DNA of 64,000 nt, taken from positions 11,875 to 75,874 of the forward strand of contig JBJORF010000005.1 in the NCBI GenBank assembly GCA_046049545.1, written 5' to 3'. Position 1 is the stretch's first letter. The number at the start of each line of letters is the position of its first letter. The position numbers and the translations under genes are program-made. The notes below the pieces were generated by a model that was given only the letters and a program-made list of their open reading frames with translations, did no database searches and was not told the origin of the DNA. Source of the stretch: Cyanobacteriota bacterium. GTDB lineage: Bacteria > Cyanobacteriota > Cyanobacteriia > Leptolyngbyales > Leptolyngbyaceae. Positions 37,688 through 48,487 of the stretch are shown piece by piece.

Positions 37688-37996
37688 ATGGTTGAGAAGC
37701 CTATTAAGAAAGCGGATCGAGTCGCACACGATGCGGAGCAGGGCACAGAAACAGCTGCACCCCGTTCGGAAGAGCGGCGCGATCGCGGTGATCGGCCTCA
37801 GGGTGGTCGGGGTAAAGGCGGTGGTCGGGGTAAAGGCCGTGATGGCGATCGTGAAGACAGCAAGCCCCCAGTGAATCCGGCGTTCATGCGCGGGCCGAAG
37901 CCCCCGAAGCCTTCGGCGGCGGTTGAAGAGCCTGTTGCTGAAGCCGCATCGGAAGAAACTGCTGAAACGGAAGCGGCTGAAGCGGCTGCCGAATAA
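37688..37996 (+). CDS. Small highly charged, probably disordered protein with an RG/RGG-rich core
   Basis: 102 aa with RRDRGDRPQGGRGKGGGRGKGRDGDRE in the middle and an acidic Ala/Glu tail. Followed by a clean terminator at 38030-38053. No family recognised. Confidence 0.55.
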   Translation: MVEKPIKKADRVAHDAEQGTETAAPRSEERRDRGDRPQGGRGKGGGRGKGRDGDREDSKPPVNPAFMRGPKPPKPSAAVEEPVAEAASEETAETEAAEAAAE

Positions 37997-38029
37997 GGGG
38001 TTTACCCGGTTAATTGAATTATTGGCTGT

Positions 38030-38053
38030 AGGGACGCGATCGCGTCCCTTTTT
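38030..38053 (+). terminator. Intrinsic terminator
   Basis: GGGACGCGATCGCGTCCC followed by TTTTTT. The stem contains a HIP1 site. Confidence 0.8.
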
Positions 38054-38089
38054 TGTTGCGGCCCTTTTCTGTGGGTGATGATCAAGATT

Positions 38090-38127
38090 CCAAACAACAA
38101 GCGGCGGATTTCGTTGAAATCCGCCGC
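38090..38127 (-). terminator. Intrinsic terminator of petF
   Basis: GCGGCGGATTTC-gtt-GAAATCCGCCGC. On the minus strand it is followed by TTGTTGTTT, 35 nt after the petF stop. Confidence 0.75.
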
Positions 38128-38161
38128 TTGTTGCATTAAAGCAAGACTTTGGCTAAAGGCT

Positions 38162-38461
38162 TTAGTACAGTGCTTCTTCTTTGTGCGTTTCGATCGTGCA
38201 ATCGGAAGTCGGGTAGGCAACGCAAGTCAGCACGAAGCCAGCTTCGATTTGGTCGTCGTCCAAGAAGGATTGATCAGACTGATCGATCGTCCCGGCAGTC
38301 ACCTTACCAGCGCAAGTGGAGCAAGCGCCAGCGCGGCAGGAGTAGGGCAGGTCAATGCCTTGCTCTTCTGCTGCATCCAAAATGTATTCGTCGCCAGCCA
38401 CTTCGATAGTGGTGTTCAAGCCTTCAGCAGCGCTGATCAATGTGACCTTAAAAGTCGCCAT
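38162..38461 (-). CDS. petF: Plant-type [2Fe-2S] ferredoxin
   Basis: MATFKVTLI...[15 protein letters not shown]...LTCVAYP...: canonical Cys ligand pattern, 99 aa. ATG at 38461. Confidence 0.93.
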   Translation of the reverse strand: MATFKVTLISAAEGLNTTIEVAGDEYILDAAEEQGIDLPYSCRAGACSTCAGKVTAGTIDQSDQSFLDDDQIEAGFVLTCVAYPTSDCTIETHKEEALY

Positions 38462-38540
38462 TACAGTGGTCCTCTCTATTGATTTAGAATGCGGCGGGTG
38501 TTGCCGACTCAAAACTTTAAAGCACGACGGCGACCAATAC

Positions 38541-38585
38541 TCGAAACAATTCGCTCAAAACAATTTCAGACAAAACAATTTCAAA
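38541..38585. repeat. 15-bp tandem repeat, two good copies plus one degenerate (CAAAACAATTTCARA)
   Basis: Copies at 38556-70 and 38571-85, with a degenerate copy at 38541-55, in the petF upstream region. Confidence 0.7.
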
Positions 38586-38905
38586 CAAACGCTCCAAGCC
38601 AGTCGAGCCGACTTCATTTCTGATAGTACGGGAAAAAATCCGGCTTATCACTGCAAATATTGCCTTGGATGAATCAAATAAGTAATCGATTTAAGCGATT
38701 AGATACGCTTATCTTATCAAACTGCATGAAGATAAACGGATTCAAGCGCGCTAATACCTGATGGCGTTTACTTTGGACCGAATCGCAGCGATCGGGCATC
38801 CGGTTGCACCACCCCTTGAATAAGTGGCGAAAGTGCCCTTGTAGCTGCCCATACCTGGGTTGAATCGAGGGCGATGTCGTGAAAAATCAAGAAGTTTTAG
38901 AAAAA

Positions 38906-39865
38906 TTATCGATTTGTGATCTGCGTGACAAACCGATCGGTGGCATTGAGTAAAGCAGTCATGATGCCGGGTTCGGTCATGGAATGACCCGCATCCGGTA
39001 CGACAACCAGTTCGGCCTCGGGCAGGACTTGCTTCAAATCCCACGCCGATCGCATCGGACAAACTACGTCGTAGCGGCCTTGGACAATTACCGTCGGAAT
39101 GTGCTGAATCCGATCGCAGTGGCGCAGCAGTTGATCGTCATGGTCAAAGAAGCCGCCGTTGGTGAAATAGTGGCATTCAATTCGGGCGAAGGCTTCGGCA
39201 AAGCTGGCTTCGCCAAAGCGCAATTGCGCGTCGGGATCGACGATGAGTTTACTGGTACTGCCTTCCCAGATTGACCAGGCTTGGGCCGCTGCGGCCCGAA
39301 TGGCGGGATCGCTGCTGGTGAGACGACGGTAGTAAGCGGCGACGAGATCACCGCGTTCAGCCTCGGGAATGGGCTTCAAGTAGGCTTCCCAGGCATCGGG
39401 AAAAAGATTGCTCGCCCCAAATTGGTAAAACCAATCGATTTCCTGTTTGCGGAGGAGGAAAATGCCGCGCAGGATTAGGCCCGTTGCGCGATCGGGGTGC
39501 GTTTGGGCATAGGCGAGGGCGAGGGTACTGCCCCAACTGCCGCCGAAGACAAACCAACGATCGATGCCGAGGTGATCGCGTAGTTGTTCAATGTCGCTGA
39601 CTAGATCCCCGGTGGTATTATCTTGCAATTCGGCATGGGGCTGACTCTGACCGCAACCCCGCTGATCGAACAGGACAATCCGATAGCGATCGGGATGGAA
39701 CATTTGCCGATACAGCGGCATCAAACCACCTCCCGGCCCGCCATGGAGAAACACCACGGGTTGCCCGGCGGGGTTGCCGCATTCTTCATAGTAGATTTTG
39801 TGAATCGCTGAGACAGTCAAATAACCTTGGTTATAGGGTTCGATCGGGGGGTAAGGCTGGCGCAT
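38906..39865 (-). CDS. pip: Prolyl aminopeptidase (proline iminopeptidase)
   Basis: PYPPIEPYNQGYL...VVFLHGGPGGG...GGSWGSTLALAY (nucleophile elbow). About 320 aa. Confidence 0.9.
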   Translation of the reverse strand: MRQPYPPIEPYNQGYLTVSAIHKIYYEECGNPAGQPVVFLHGGPGGGLMPLYRQMFHPDRYRIVLFDQRGCGQSQPHAELQDNTTGDLVSDIEQLRDHLGIDRWFVFGGSWGSTLALAYAQTHPDRATGLILRGIFLLRKQEIDWFYQFGASNLFPDAWEAYLKPIPEAERGDLVAAYYRRLTSSDPAIRAAAAQAWSIWEGSTSKLIVDPDAQLRFGEASFAEAFARIECHYFTNGGFFDHDDQLLRHCDRIQHIPTVIVQGRYDVVCPMRSAWDLKQVLPEAELVVVPDAGHSMTEPGIMTALLNATDRFVTQITNR

Positions 39866-39900
39866 ATTGAATCCTAGATACCTAATCCTACAATCTCATC

Positions 39901-40947
39901 CTATTGGTCATTATTGCGGGGGTCGAGGGCATCGCGTAGGCCGTCGCCCAGCAGGTTAAAGCAAAGCACTGTGAGAATAATCAGCGTCGCCGGGGCCCAG
40001 ATTAGCCAGGGCTGAAGCACCAGGACCGAGGCATTGGTGGCTAGCGAGAGCATGTTGCCCCAGGAGGGATCGGGCTGCTGAATCCCGAGGCCAATTAAGC
40101 TCAACACCGACTCTGAAACGATGAAGCTCGGAATTGCCAGGGTGGCGGAAATGACAACATAGGTTGCGGTCTGGGGCAGGATGTGGCGCAGGATGATGTA
40201 GAGCGGTGTTGCGCCCATGACTTTGGCGGCCTGGACATACTCCCGTTCTTTGAGCGATAGCACCTGCCCACGAATGACTCGGGCCAAGCCCGCCCAGCCG
40301 ATAAACGAGGTAATCACCACAACCAACGCAAACCGTTGGCTGCTGCTGAGACCGGGGGGCAAGACCGCCGCGAGGGCAATCAGCAAGTACAGGCTGGGAA
40401 TGGTCATGATCACTTCCACCAGCCGCATGATCGTGCTGTCGAGCCAGCCGCCGAAGTAGCCAGAAATACCCCCGATCAGCAGCCCGATCGGAAACATAAT
40501 CGCGATGCCCAATAGCCCGATCGTCAGGCTAACGCGGCCCCCGTGGATGAGGCGGCTGAGTTGGTCGCGGGCTTGGTTATCCGTACCGAGGAGATTGAAC
40601 CGACCGGGGCCATTGGTGCCGAAGAGATGCCATTTGCCATTCTCGGTTTTCGCCAAAAACTGAATTAACGAGGGCTTGGTGAAATCGACTTGGAGTTCTT
40701 GCTTCCCGGTTTCGATGTCGATTTTGCCCTGGGTGGTGGGGTAAACGTGGGGGCCAATCCAACGCTGATTTTGTTGATCAACCCAGTAGACCCTTGTGGG
40801 CGGCAGCAGACTGCCTTCGGGTTGACTAACGTAGGGATCGTAGGGGGCGGTAAACCCAGCAAACAACACGATCGCGTACAGCAAGCCGAGGACGATCGCC
40901 CCGAGCTTGGCCAATTGATTGCGCTTTAACCGCGACCACCATTCCAT
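39901..40947 (-). CDS. ABC transporter permease, oligopeptide/dipeptide (OppC/DppC) type
   Basis: Six TM segments and an EAA-like loop AAKVMGATPLYIILRHILPQ. No cognate ATPase or binding-protein genes in the window. Confidence 0.8.
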   Translation of the reverse strand: MEWWSRLKRNQLAKLGAIVLGLLYAIVLFAGFTAPYDPYVSQPEGSLLPPTRVYWVDQQNQRWIGPHVYPTTQGKIDIETGKQELQVDFTKPSLIQFLAKTENGKWHLFGTNGPGRFNLLGTDNQARDQLSRLIHGGRVSLTIGLLGIAIMFPIGLLIGGISGYFGGWLDSTIMRLVEVIMTIPSLYLLIALAAVLPPGLSSSQRFALVVVITSFIGWAGLARVIRGQVLSLKEREYVQAAKVMGATPLYIILRHILPQTATYVVISATLAIPSFIVSESVLSLIGLGIQQPDPSWGNMLSLATNASVLVLQPWLIWAPATLIILTVLCFNLLGDGLRDALDPRNNDQ

Positions 40948-41075
40948 TTGTTGCTCACCTCAACCTCAACCATGCCCCTGGGGCGTTGGGTCTAGCATAC
41001 ATCCTTCGCGGACGATCGCGAGGGGGATTGGTGGGGCGAATTGACTGGGTGAATTGACTGGGTGAATTGACTGGA

Positions 41076-41924
41076 CTAGCTAACCAAATGAATCGGGGGT
41101 ACAACATGCTCGGCGGTGAAGACATTGGAATAGAGATTCGCAATGATTTGTTTGCCCGCTTGGGTGAGGCTGAGGTAGCGCAGGGCGGGTTCGATGTAGG
41201 GGTAGGCGACATTCCAGAAGAACTTCGGATAGTTGCGGCAGAGATCGCCGGGATGCTTGTAGTTCAAGATTTTGTTCATCCCCGTTTCTTCAAATTCGTA
41301 GAACAGGGCGCTGATTTTCTTGAGGTAGCGCGGGTCACTCATTTGCCCGATTAAATCGGAGGCCCGCAGCAGACCCGGAAAGTTGGTGGTGCATTTATGA
41401 TCTTCGGCATCCGGCACGGGAAATCGGGTCAGTTCCAGGTTGCGTTTGATCACCTCAGCATCGATCAATTGATGCTGACCAAAGCGTTCCTCAATGAATA
41501 GCTTGCCCCGATCGACGTGGTAGGGCGTGAGTGCCGCGTCGGTGGAACCCTCTGGCAGCTCGATCATCAGCCCATCAACCCCGGTGGCAAATTGCTGGCC
41601 GTTATCGTCCCGGCAGACACCTTTGACATAGCCAATGTCGTGGCAAACCAGGGAAATAATGAAATGTAGCCAATCCTCGCAGGTGACACCGCCTTCTTTA
41701 ATGTGGCGACCCCGCAGCACCTCCTGCCCCACCAAGCCAACCATGATCGAATGTTCAACATTGTGATAGAGGGCATCACTGTTCGCGATATTCTCCATCG
41801 CCATCGCCCCGACCCAACCGATAATTTCTTCGTAGGCGGGATTCTGGCCGCCGTAGGTACGCCGATAGCCCGCCCGCAATTGGCGCACAAATTCATCGAT
41901 TAACAGTTCGGTTGCATTAAACAT
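41076..41924 (-). CDS. HD-domain metal-dependent phosphohydrolase
   Basis: HNVEHS and VCHDIGY (H...HD) motifs. The ATG at 41924 (MFNATELL...) is preferred over the ORF start at 42017, which runs through a tandem repeat. Confidence 0.7.
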   Translation of the reverse strand: MFNATELLIDEFVRQLRAGYRRTYGGQNPAYEEIIGWVGAMAMENIANSDALYHNVEHSIMVGLVGQEVLRGRHIKEGGVTCEDWLHFIISLVCHDIGYVKGVCRDDNGQQFATGVDGLMIELPEGSTDAALTPYHVDRGKLFIEERFGQHQLIDAEVIKRNLELTRFPVPDAEDHKCTTNFPGLLRASDLIGQMSDPRYLKKISALFYEFEETGMNKILNYKHPGDLCRNYPKFFWNVAYPYIEPALRYLSLTQAGKQIIANLYSNVFTAEHVVPPIHLVS

Positions 41925-41956
41925 AGAGGATGACTGAAAGAATGGGATTTTCAGGT

Positions 41957-42011
41957 ACAGAGCATTTTCCCGGACAGAGCATTTTCCCGGACAGAGCATT
42001 TTCCCGGACAG
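41957..42011. repeat. Perfect 17-bp tandem repeat x3 plus a 4-nt partial copy (ACAGAGCATTTTCCCGG)
   Basis: Copies at 41957-73, 41974-90 and 41991-42007, with a partial copy ACAG. Located 33-87 nt upstream of the HD gene ATG on the minus strand. Confidence 0.85.
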
Positions 42012-42159
42012 GGCCACACTTGAATTGACTGGTGTTATCGTTTTGGCGTTATCTCTCTAGTGTGCCCAAGGTGACGCAAAATTGCCGTGTTTTTTCGAGT
42101 GGGCCGCATACAATACGGGTAGTCCTCTTAGCTAGCTAATTGCTAACAGTTGTTGACCT

Positions 42160-42540
42160 ATGAATTTTCCGGGCAGAGTGGCAAGCGGTGCTTTAATTTT
42201 TGTGGGTTTTCTGTGGCTATTGTCGCTGTTTCTCAATCCCAGCAATTGGGGCAGTCGGAGCGCTAACCAAATTAACGGTGCGGCTTCCAATGCTGCGGGT
42301 ACGCAAAAGTTCGCGGTACCCAGCGCCCAGCCCCCCGTTGCCAATCCGAATGCGCAGACGATCGAGCAACAACAGATGTCCACGAGTAACGCAGCGGCAA
42401 ATCGCACCACCGCCGTCCCCCAAACCGTAGACAGCCCGAATCAAGCGGCGACCCCGGCCCCGACTCCGACTCCGGCGGCGACTCCCTCCCCCACGCCAGT
42501 AGCAACGGTGGTTCCGGAACCCGTTCGTGCGGGTTGGTAG
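42160..42540 (+). CDS. Hypothetical membrane-anchored low-complexity (Ala/Pro/Thr/Gln-rich) protein
   Basis: One N-terminal TM helix (ALIFVGFLWLLSLFL) followed by a compositionally biased tail. Followed by a terminator hairpin. Confidence 0.5.
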   Translation: MNFPGRVASGALIFVGFLWLLSLFLNPSNWGSRSANQINGAASNAAGTQKFAVPSAQPPVANPNAQTIEQQQMSTSNAAANRTTAVPQTVDSPNQAATPAPTPTPAATPSPTPVATVVPEPVRAGW

Positions 42541-42605
42541 CTGGATCGAAATCTTCTGAAAAAGCACAAACGTCGGTTAGGCAGCCGTGAATCAGCGGTG
42601 ATAGG

Positions 42606-42640
42606 ATCGAGGCGAAGCATGGACTTGGCCTCGATTTTTT
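42606..42640 (+). terminator. Intrinsic terminator abutting the thiO start codon
   Basis: ATCGAGGC-14 nt-GCCTCGAT followed by TTTTT. The thiO ATG (42642) starts 2 nt after the T-run. Confidence 0.6.
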
Positions 42641-42641
42641 G

Positions 42642-43745
42642 ATGGAAAAGCGCGAAATCATAATTCTCGGTGGTGGGCTGATGGCCCTGATTACCGCTTG
42701 GCGATTGCGGCAGCGGGGACTGGCCGTGACCATTCTGGGCGATCGGCCGTTGCAGGCGGCGGGTCATGCGGCGGCGGGGATGCTGGCTCCCCAGGCGGAA
42801 GGCTTGCAGCCGGGGCCGATGCTGGATTTGTGCTTGCGGAGTCGGGCGCTGTATGCCGATTTGGCGGCGAAGCTGGAGCAGGAAACCGGGATCGCGATCG
42901 GCTACTGGCCCTGTGGCATTGCTGCGCCTGAGCAAACGCTAGGGACGCTGCTGCATCCAGCGGCGGCGCGACTGACGGTAGCGGCTTTGGGGGAAATTGT
43001 GCCGGGGTTGGGGCCAGCGGTGACGGGGGGCTGGTGGTTTCCGCTGGATGCCCAGGTGGATAATCGGTTGCTCATGCAGGCGTTGCGATCGGCGGTGGTC
43101 GCAGCAGGGGTGGAACTGCATGAAACGGCTCCGGTGCAGGCGATCGCCACGGATGCGGGGACGCAGCAGGTGAGTCATATTCGCACCCCTGCTGGGGATT
43201 GGCAGGCAGCACATTACATCTTGGCGACGGGGGCTTGGTCGCAGGCGCTGCTGCCCCAAATTCCGGTGGTGCCCCGCAAGGGCCAAATGCTGGCGCTGCG
43301 GTGGCGGGAAGCCGTGCAAGGGGCGGTTGATTTGCCGCTGCGAGCGGTGCTATTTGGGTCAAATATCTACATTGTGCCGCGCCAAGATGGGCGGATCGTG
43401 GTTGGGGCAACCAGTGAGGATGTCGGCTTTGCCCCAGGGAATACAGCGGTGGGGGTGAACCAGTTGTTGCAGGGGGCGATCGGGCTGTTTCCGGCCTTGG
43501 CCCAGGCGGAACTGATCGAAACTTGGTGGGGCTATCGTCCGGCAACCCCCGATGAGTTGCCGATTTTAGGCGAAAGCCCCTGGTCAAACCTGACGTTGGC
43601 CACGGGGCATTATCGCAATGGCATTTTACTTGCACCGATTACGGCGGAAGTGATTACGAATTGGGTGGTCGATCGGATAGCCGACCCTTTGCTGAGTGCG
43701 TTCCGCTACGATCGGTTGATGGTGGAACCAAACGGGTGCAGCTAG
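42642..43745 (+). CDS. thiO: Glycine oxidase ThiO (FAD-dependent)
   Basis: IIILGGGLMAL dinucleotide fold, AAGMLAPQAE and ATGHYRNGILLAP are typical of ThiO/DAO-family thiamine enzymes. Confidence 0.8.
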   Translation: MEKREIIILGGGLMALITAWRLRQRGLAVTILGDRPLQAAGHAAAGMLAPQAEGLQPGPMLDLCLRSRALYADLAAKLEQETGIAIGYWPCGIAAPEQTLGTLLHPAAARLTVAALGEIVPGLGPAVTGGWWFPLDAQVDNRLLMQALRSAVVAAGVELHETAPVQAIATDAGTQQVSHIRTPAGDWQAAHYILATGAWSQALLPQIPVVPRKGQMLALRWREAVQGAVDLPLRAVLFGSNIYIVPRQDGRIVVGATSEDVGFAPGNTAVGVNQLLQGAIGLFPALAQAELIETWWGYRPATPDELPILGESPWSNLTLATGHYRNGILLAPITAEVITNWVVDRIADPLLSAFRYDRLMVEPNGCS

Positions 43746-45019
43746 CTGACTAACAAATCCCCTGAAAGTGACTGCGCCAACAAGCGGCGATAGAGATCGC
43801 TCAGCTTCGCGGCCGCAGCGGCCCAGCTGAAATTCTGTTGAACCCGCTCGGTTGCCTGTTTTCGCATCTTCTGTGACCAGACTTCATCGCAGAGAATCCG
43901 CTCGATCGCCTCGGCAAACCCCGTAACATTGCGCGGTTCGACCAACAGCCCCGTTTCCTCCGGCAATACGGTAAAGCGCAAGCCGCCCACTGCTGAGGCG
44001 ACAACGGGGGTGCCGCAGGCCATCGCTTCGATCGCCACGAGGCCAAAGGGTTCGTCGTAGCTGGGAATCGCGCAGACGTCCGCCGCAGTGTAATACAGCG
44101 GCAGCAGGTCATGCCCGATCGGGCCGACAAACACCACGGCATCATCGAGGCCGAGCTGACTGACTTGGGCTTTGAGACGTTGCTGTTCGGCGATCGCTTC
44201 GGGATTCGTGGTGGCATCGCCCACGATCAGCAGCTTGATCGAGTTGTGATGGGTTTGGTGCAATTGCCCAAAGGACTGCAATAATGTGTCGACTCCGGCG
44301 CGGGGATCGAAGCGCCCGACGTACAGCACGATTTTGTCCGTCAGTGATAAGCCTAAATCCTTCCGGGCCTTGCCCTTCGGAATCACGCGGAAGGTTTCGA
44401 GGTCGGCCCCACCGGGGATCACTTGAATTCGGCCCTTGGGGGAAATGCGCGATCGCAGCAATTGCTCTTCCTGGGGACTGGTGGCGACGACACAATGGGC
44501 GTTTTCCAGCATCTCGCGCTCGATCGCTAAGCGTTGTTCCCCATAGGTCGGCAAGTCGCCATTAGCGTATTTCACTGCGCCGAGGGAGTGATAGGTGTGC
44601 ACGAGCTGGACATTGCTCTGCTGCTTCAGTTGGAGTCCGGCCCAACCGGAGAGCCAGTAATTTGTATGAATCAGCGGATAGTAGGAACCACCCTTGGTCT
44701 GAAATTTCTGGAAGGAATCGATGAAGGCGGGCATGTACTCGATCAGCTGATCACGATGCACAAATTCCTCCGGACCAGCGACCAACCGAATCGTGCGGCA
44801 ATGGGGATTGTGCTCGACGATCGCGGCATCTTCCGGGCTGACTTTGCGGGTGAACATATCGACCTGCCAACCTAGTTGGGAGAGCGCTTCTCCCACTTCC
44901 CGGACATAGACGTTTTGCCCACAGCCGTCCCCCTGGTCAACCCGCGCCGGGTCACTGTAGTCCGAAATCAGCGCGATCGCCTGACGGGGCTGGGAACTTG
45001 CACGAGTCTCAATAGCCAT
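43742..45019 (-). CDS. Glycosyltransferase family 4 (sucrose-phosphate-synthase-like GT-B domain)
   Basis: GGQNVYVREVGEAL-type N-terminal loop and the EX7E region PSYDEPFGLVAIEAMACGTPVV. The ATG at 45019 is preferred. Confidence 0.8.
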   Translation of the reverse strand: MAIETRASSQPRQAIALISDYSDPARVDQGDGCGQNVYVREVGEALSQLGWQVDMFTRKVSPEDAAIVEHNPHCRTIRLVAGPEEFVHRDQLIEYMPAFIDSFQKFQTKGGSYYPLIHTNYWLSGWAGLQLKQQSNVQLVHTYHSLGAVKYANGDLPTYGEQRLAIEREMLENAHCVVATSPQEEQLLRSRISPKGRIQVIPGGADLETFRVIPKGKARKDLGLSLTDKIVLYVGRFDPRAGVDTLLQSFGQLHQTHHNSIKLLIVGDATTNPEAIAEQQRLKAQVSQLGLDDAVVFVGPIGHDLLPLYYTAADVCAIPSYDEPFGLVAIEAMACGTPVVASAVGGLRFTVLPEETGLLVEPRNVTGFAEAIERILCDEVWSQKMRKQATERVQQNFSWAAAAAKLSDLYRRLLAQSLSGDLLVS

Positions 45020-45193
45020 GATCATCACCTCATAAAAATATCGTCGAGAGCGCCCCGGGCAAGCCATGGCCATTCGCTGACTTATCTTAATAATTTAGCT
45101 AGCCCTGATTCTGTGAAGATACCGTAACTTTGGGCGCGGTGGTGAGGGGCGAGACACACCCGCGATGGGTGGGAATCCGCCCCTTAGCAGTGG

Positions 45194-46276
45194 CTATTGC
45201 CGCTCAAGCACGGGGGTCGCAAAGCGGCGATGGCCGTTCTGGGCGAAGCGCTCGTTCAGCAGCTTTTGATAGACCTGCTCGTAGCCTGTGGTCATGCTGG
45301 CAACGCTAAAGTTATCCTGGACATACTGACGGCAAACCGCCCGATCGATGGTCTTGATCCGCTTCACCGCCGCAATACATTCTTCTACGGTGTGACATTG
45401 GAAGCCGACTTTGCCGTGGGCGATAATCTCGGGCACCGAACCCATGGCCATGGCGACCACTGGGGATCCAGTCGCCAGTGCTTCGGTCATCACCAAACCA
45501 AACGGCTCGCGCCAGGTGATCGGGAACAGTGTGGCGATCGCGCGGCCCATCAGCACATTCTTCTGGGCATGGTTGGCTTCGCCGAGGAACTGGATCTGAT
45601 GCCCGTCAATGTGAGGCAAAACTTCCGCCTCAAAGAATTCACGATCGACGGGATCAACTTTCCCGGCCATCTTCAGCGGGATCCCCGTGGCTTTGGCAAT
45701 GGCGATCGCGTGGTGCGGCCCTTTTTCGTGGGACATCCGTCCCAGAAATGCCAAATATTCTGGCTGATCGGCCTGGGGATAGAACTCAAAGCGACTGACA
45801 TCAATGCCGTTATACACCGTCGATAGGATGTTCAGCTCCAGCTCCGGCTCGCGCTGCGCGTCCGAAATGCTGACGTAGGGTTGCTGGCGATGGTGCCGGA
45901 ACAGATTGCGCCCATCGGGGGTGAAAATTCCGTGGAGGGTATGCAGCACGGGCGTTTTGACCAATCGCGATAGCGGCAGTGCCGAACAGCCCACGTGGGA
46001 ATGAATCACATCAAATTCCCCGGCCCGCTCAAACACTTGGCTGAGATTCAGCATCTCGTACACGGCGTACTCCTTGACCGTATCATCCAGTCGCAAAGCC
46101 CGAGGATAAACAGATTCTAGCGTTGCCAGGGTGCTCGAATCGCCCGAGGCAAACAACGTCACCTCATGACCTCGCCGCACCAACTCATCGGTCAAGAGGC
46201 TGACCACCAGTTCAATGCCACCGTAGGCGGGTGGAGGAACGCATTCCCAAAGGGGGGCAACTTGTGCAATTCGCAT
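45194..46276 (-). CDS. Glycosyltransferase family 4
   Basis: MRIAQVAPLWECVPPPAYGGIELVVSLL... and EPFGLVMTEALATGSPVV (EX7E). The ATG at 46276 is preferred. Confidence 0.85.
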   Translation of the reverse strand: MRIAQVAPLWECVPPPAYGGIELVVSLLTDELVRRGHEVTLFASGDSSTLATLESVYPRALRLDDTVKEYAVYEMLNLSQVFERAGEFDVIHSHVGCSALPLSRLVKTPVLHTLHGIFTPDGRNLFRHHRQQPYVSISDAQREPELELNILSTVYNGIDVSRFEFYPQADQPEYLAFLGRMSHEKGPHHAIAIAKATGIPLKMAGKVDPVDREFFEAEVLPHIDGHQIQFLGEANHAQKNVLMGRAIATLFPITWREPFGLVMTEALATGSPVVAMAMGSVPEIIAHGKVGFQCHTVEECIAAVKRIKTIDRAVCRQYVQDNFSVASMTTGYEQVYQKLLNERFAQNGHRRFATPVLERQ

Positions 46277-46854
46277 TAATTTCTCCTTTCGGTATTTGAA
46301 CGCTCGCTGGCGGGTGTGCAGACCCGGTTCCAGGGGCGCGGTCGATCCTGCGTGCAACCATGCGGCTCAACTCAACTGATTTGTCGCTGATCCTGCGTTA
46401 CAGGGGCTTCAAACTAATTCGTGAACTGTTGCATCAAGGTAAACACCCTGAAATAATGGCGCGACATTCCCGTAGTTCTACGGATAACTTAACAATTAAT
46501 TAAGATTTTGTGGATCATGGGCGCGTTGGATGATGCGCTTGAAACTAACTGAAAAACGGTGCCGCCAGTTTTTTGACCCGTTTTGAAAGAAAATCGAAAA
46601 GTGAGAAAATCCTGACTTTCGCACTTCTATAACCATAATTTGTAGCAATTAATACCGTGATGTGGTGAGTTGTTAAATCTGATTGTTTTTATAATTTATT
46701 AATGATTCTTAGTTTGATAACTAATTTGAATTTTGTTTTAGTTGCTAAGTAAATTGATTAACTATCTCTAACAAAATACACAATGTCCCGCGATCGTCCT
46801 GCTAGGGAGAATTCTTTGGCCCACAATTATGACCGGGCGAGAGAAATGCTAGGA

Positions 46855-48406
<1,552 letters not shown>

Positions 48407-48430
48407 ATCGCGATCGGGCACGTTATCTTA

Positions 48431-48468
48431 ACGGCTCAATAAAGCCCTCAGATTCGGTTCCACGCATC
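48431..48468. terminator. Bidirectional terminator hairpin between thiC and the convergent nitroreductase gene
   Basis: AAAGCCCTCAGA-14 nt-TCTGAGGGCTTT, with A-run/T-run flanks on both strands. Confidence 0.75.
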
Positions 48469-48487
48469 TGAGGGCTTTGTCGTGGGT

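Noticed and set aside
45197-45826. 209-aa plus-strand ORF and other long antisense ORFs (572-1126, 2515-3012, 59534-60163, 28144-28761, 43072-43635)
   Set aside because: All lie opposite genes with strong family signatures. Their Arg/Pro/Ala/Gly-rich translations are characteristic of non-coding frames in high-GC sequence.
46509-46517. TGTGGATCA (reverse complement TGATCCACA), an 8/9 match to a DnaA box, in the AT-rich spacer: possible oriC
   Set aside because: Only one box-like site was seen. There is no cluster of boxes and no dnaA or dnaN nearby. The AT-rich block alone is insufficient.
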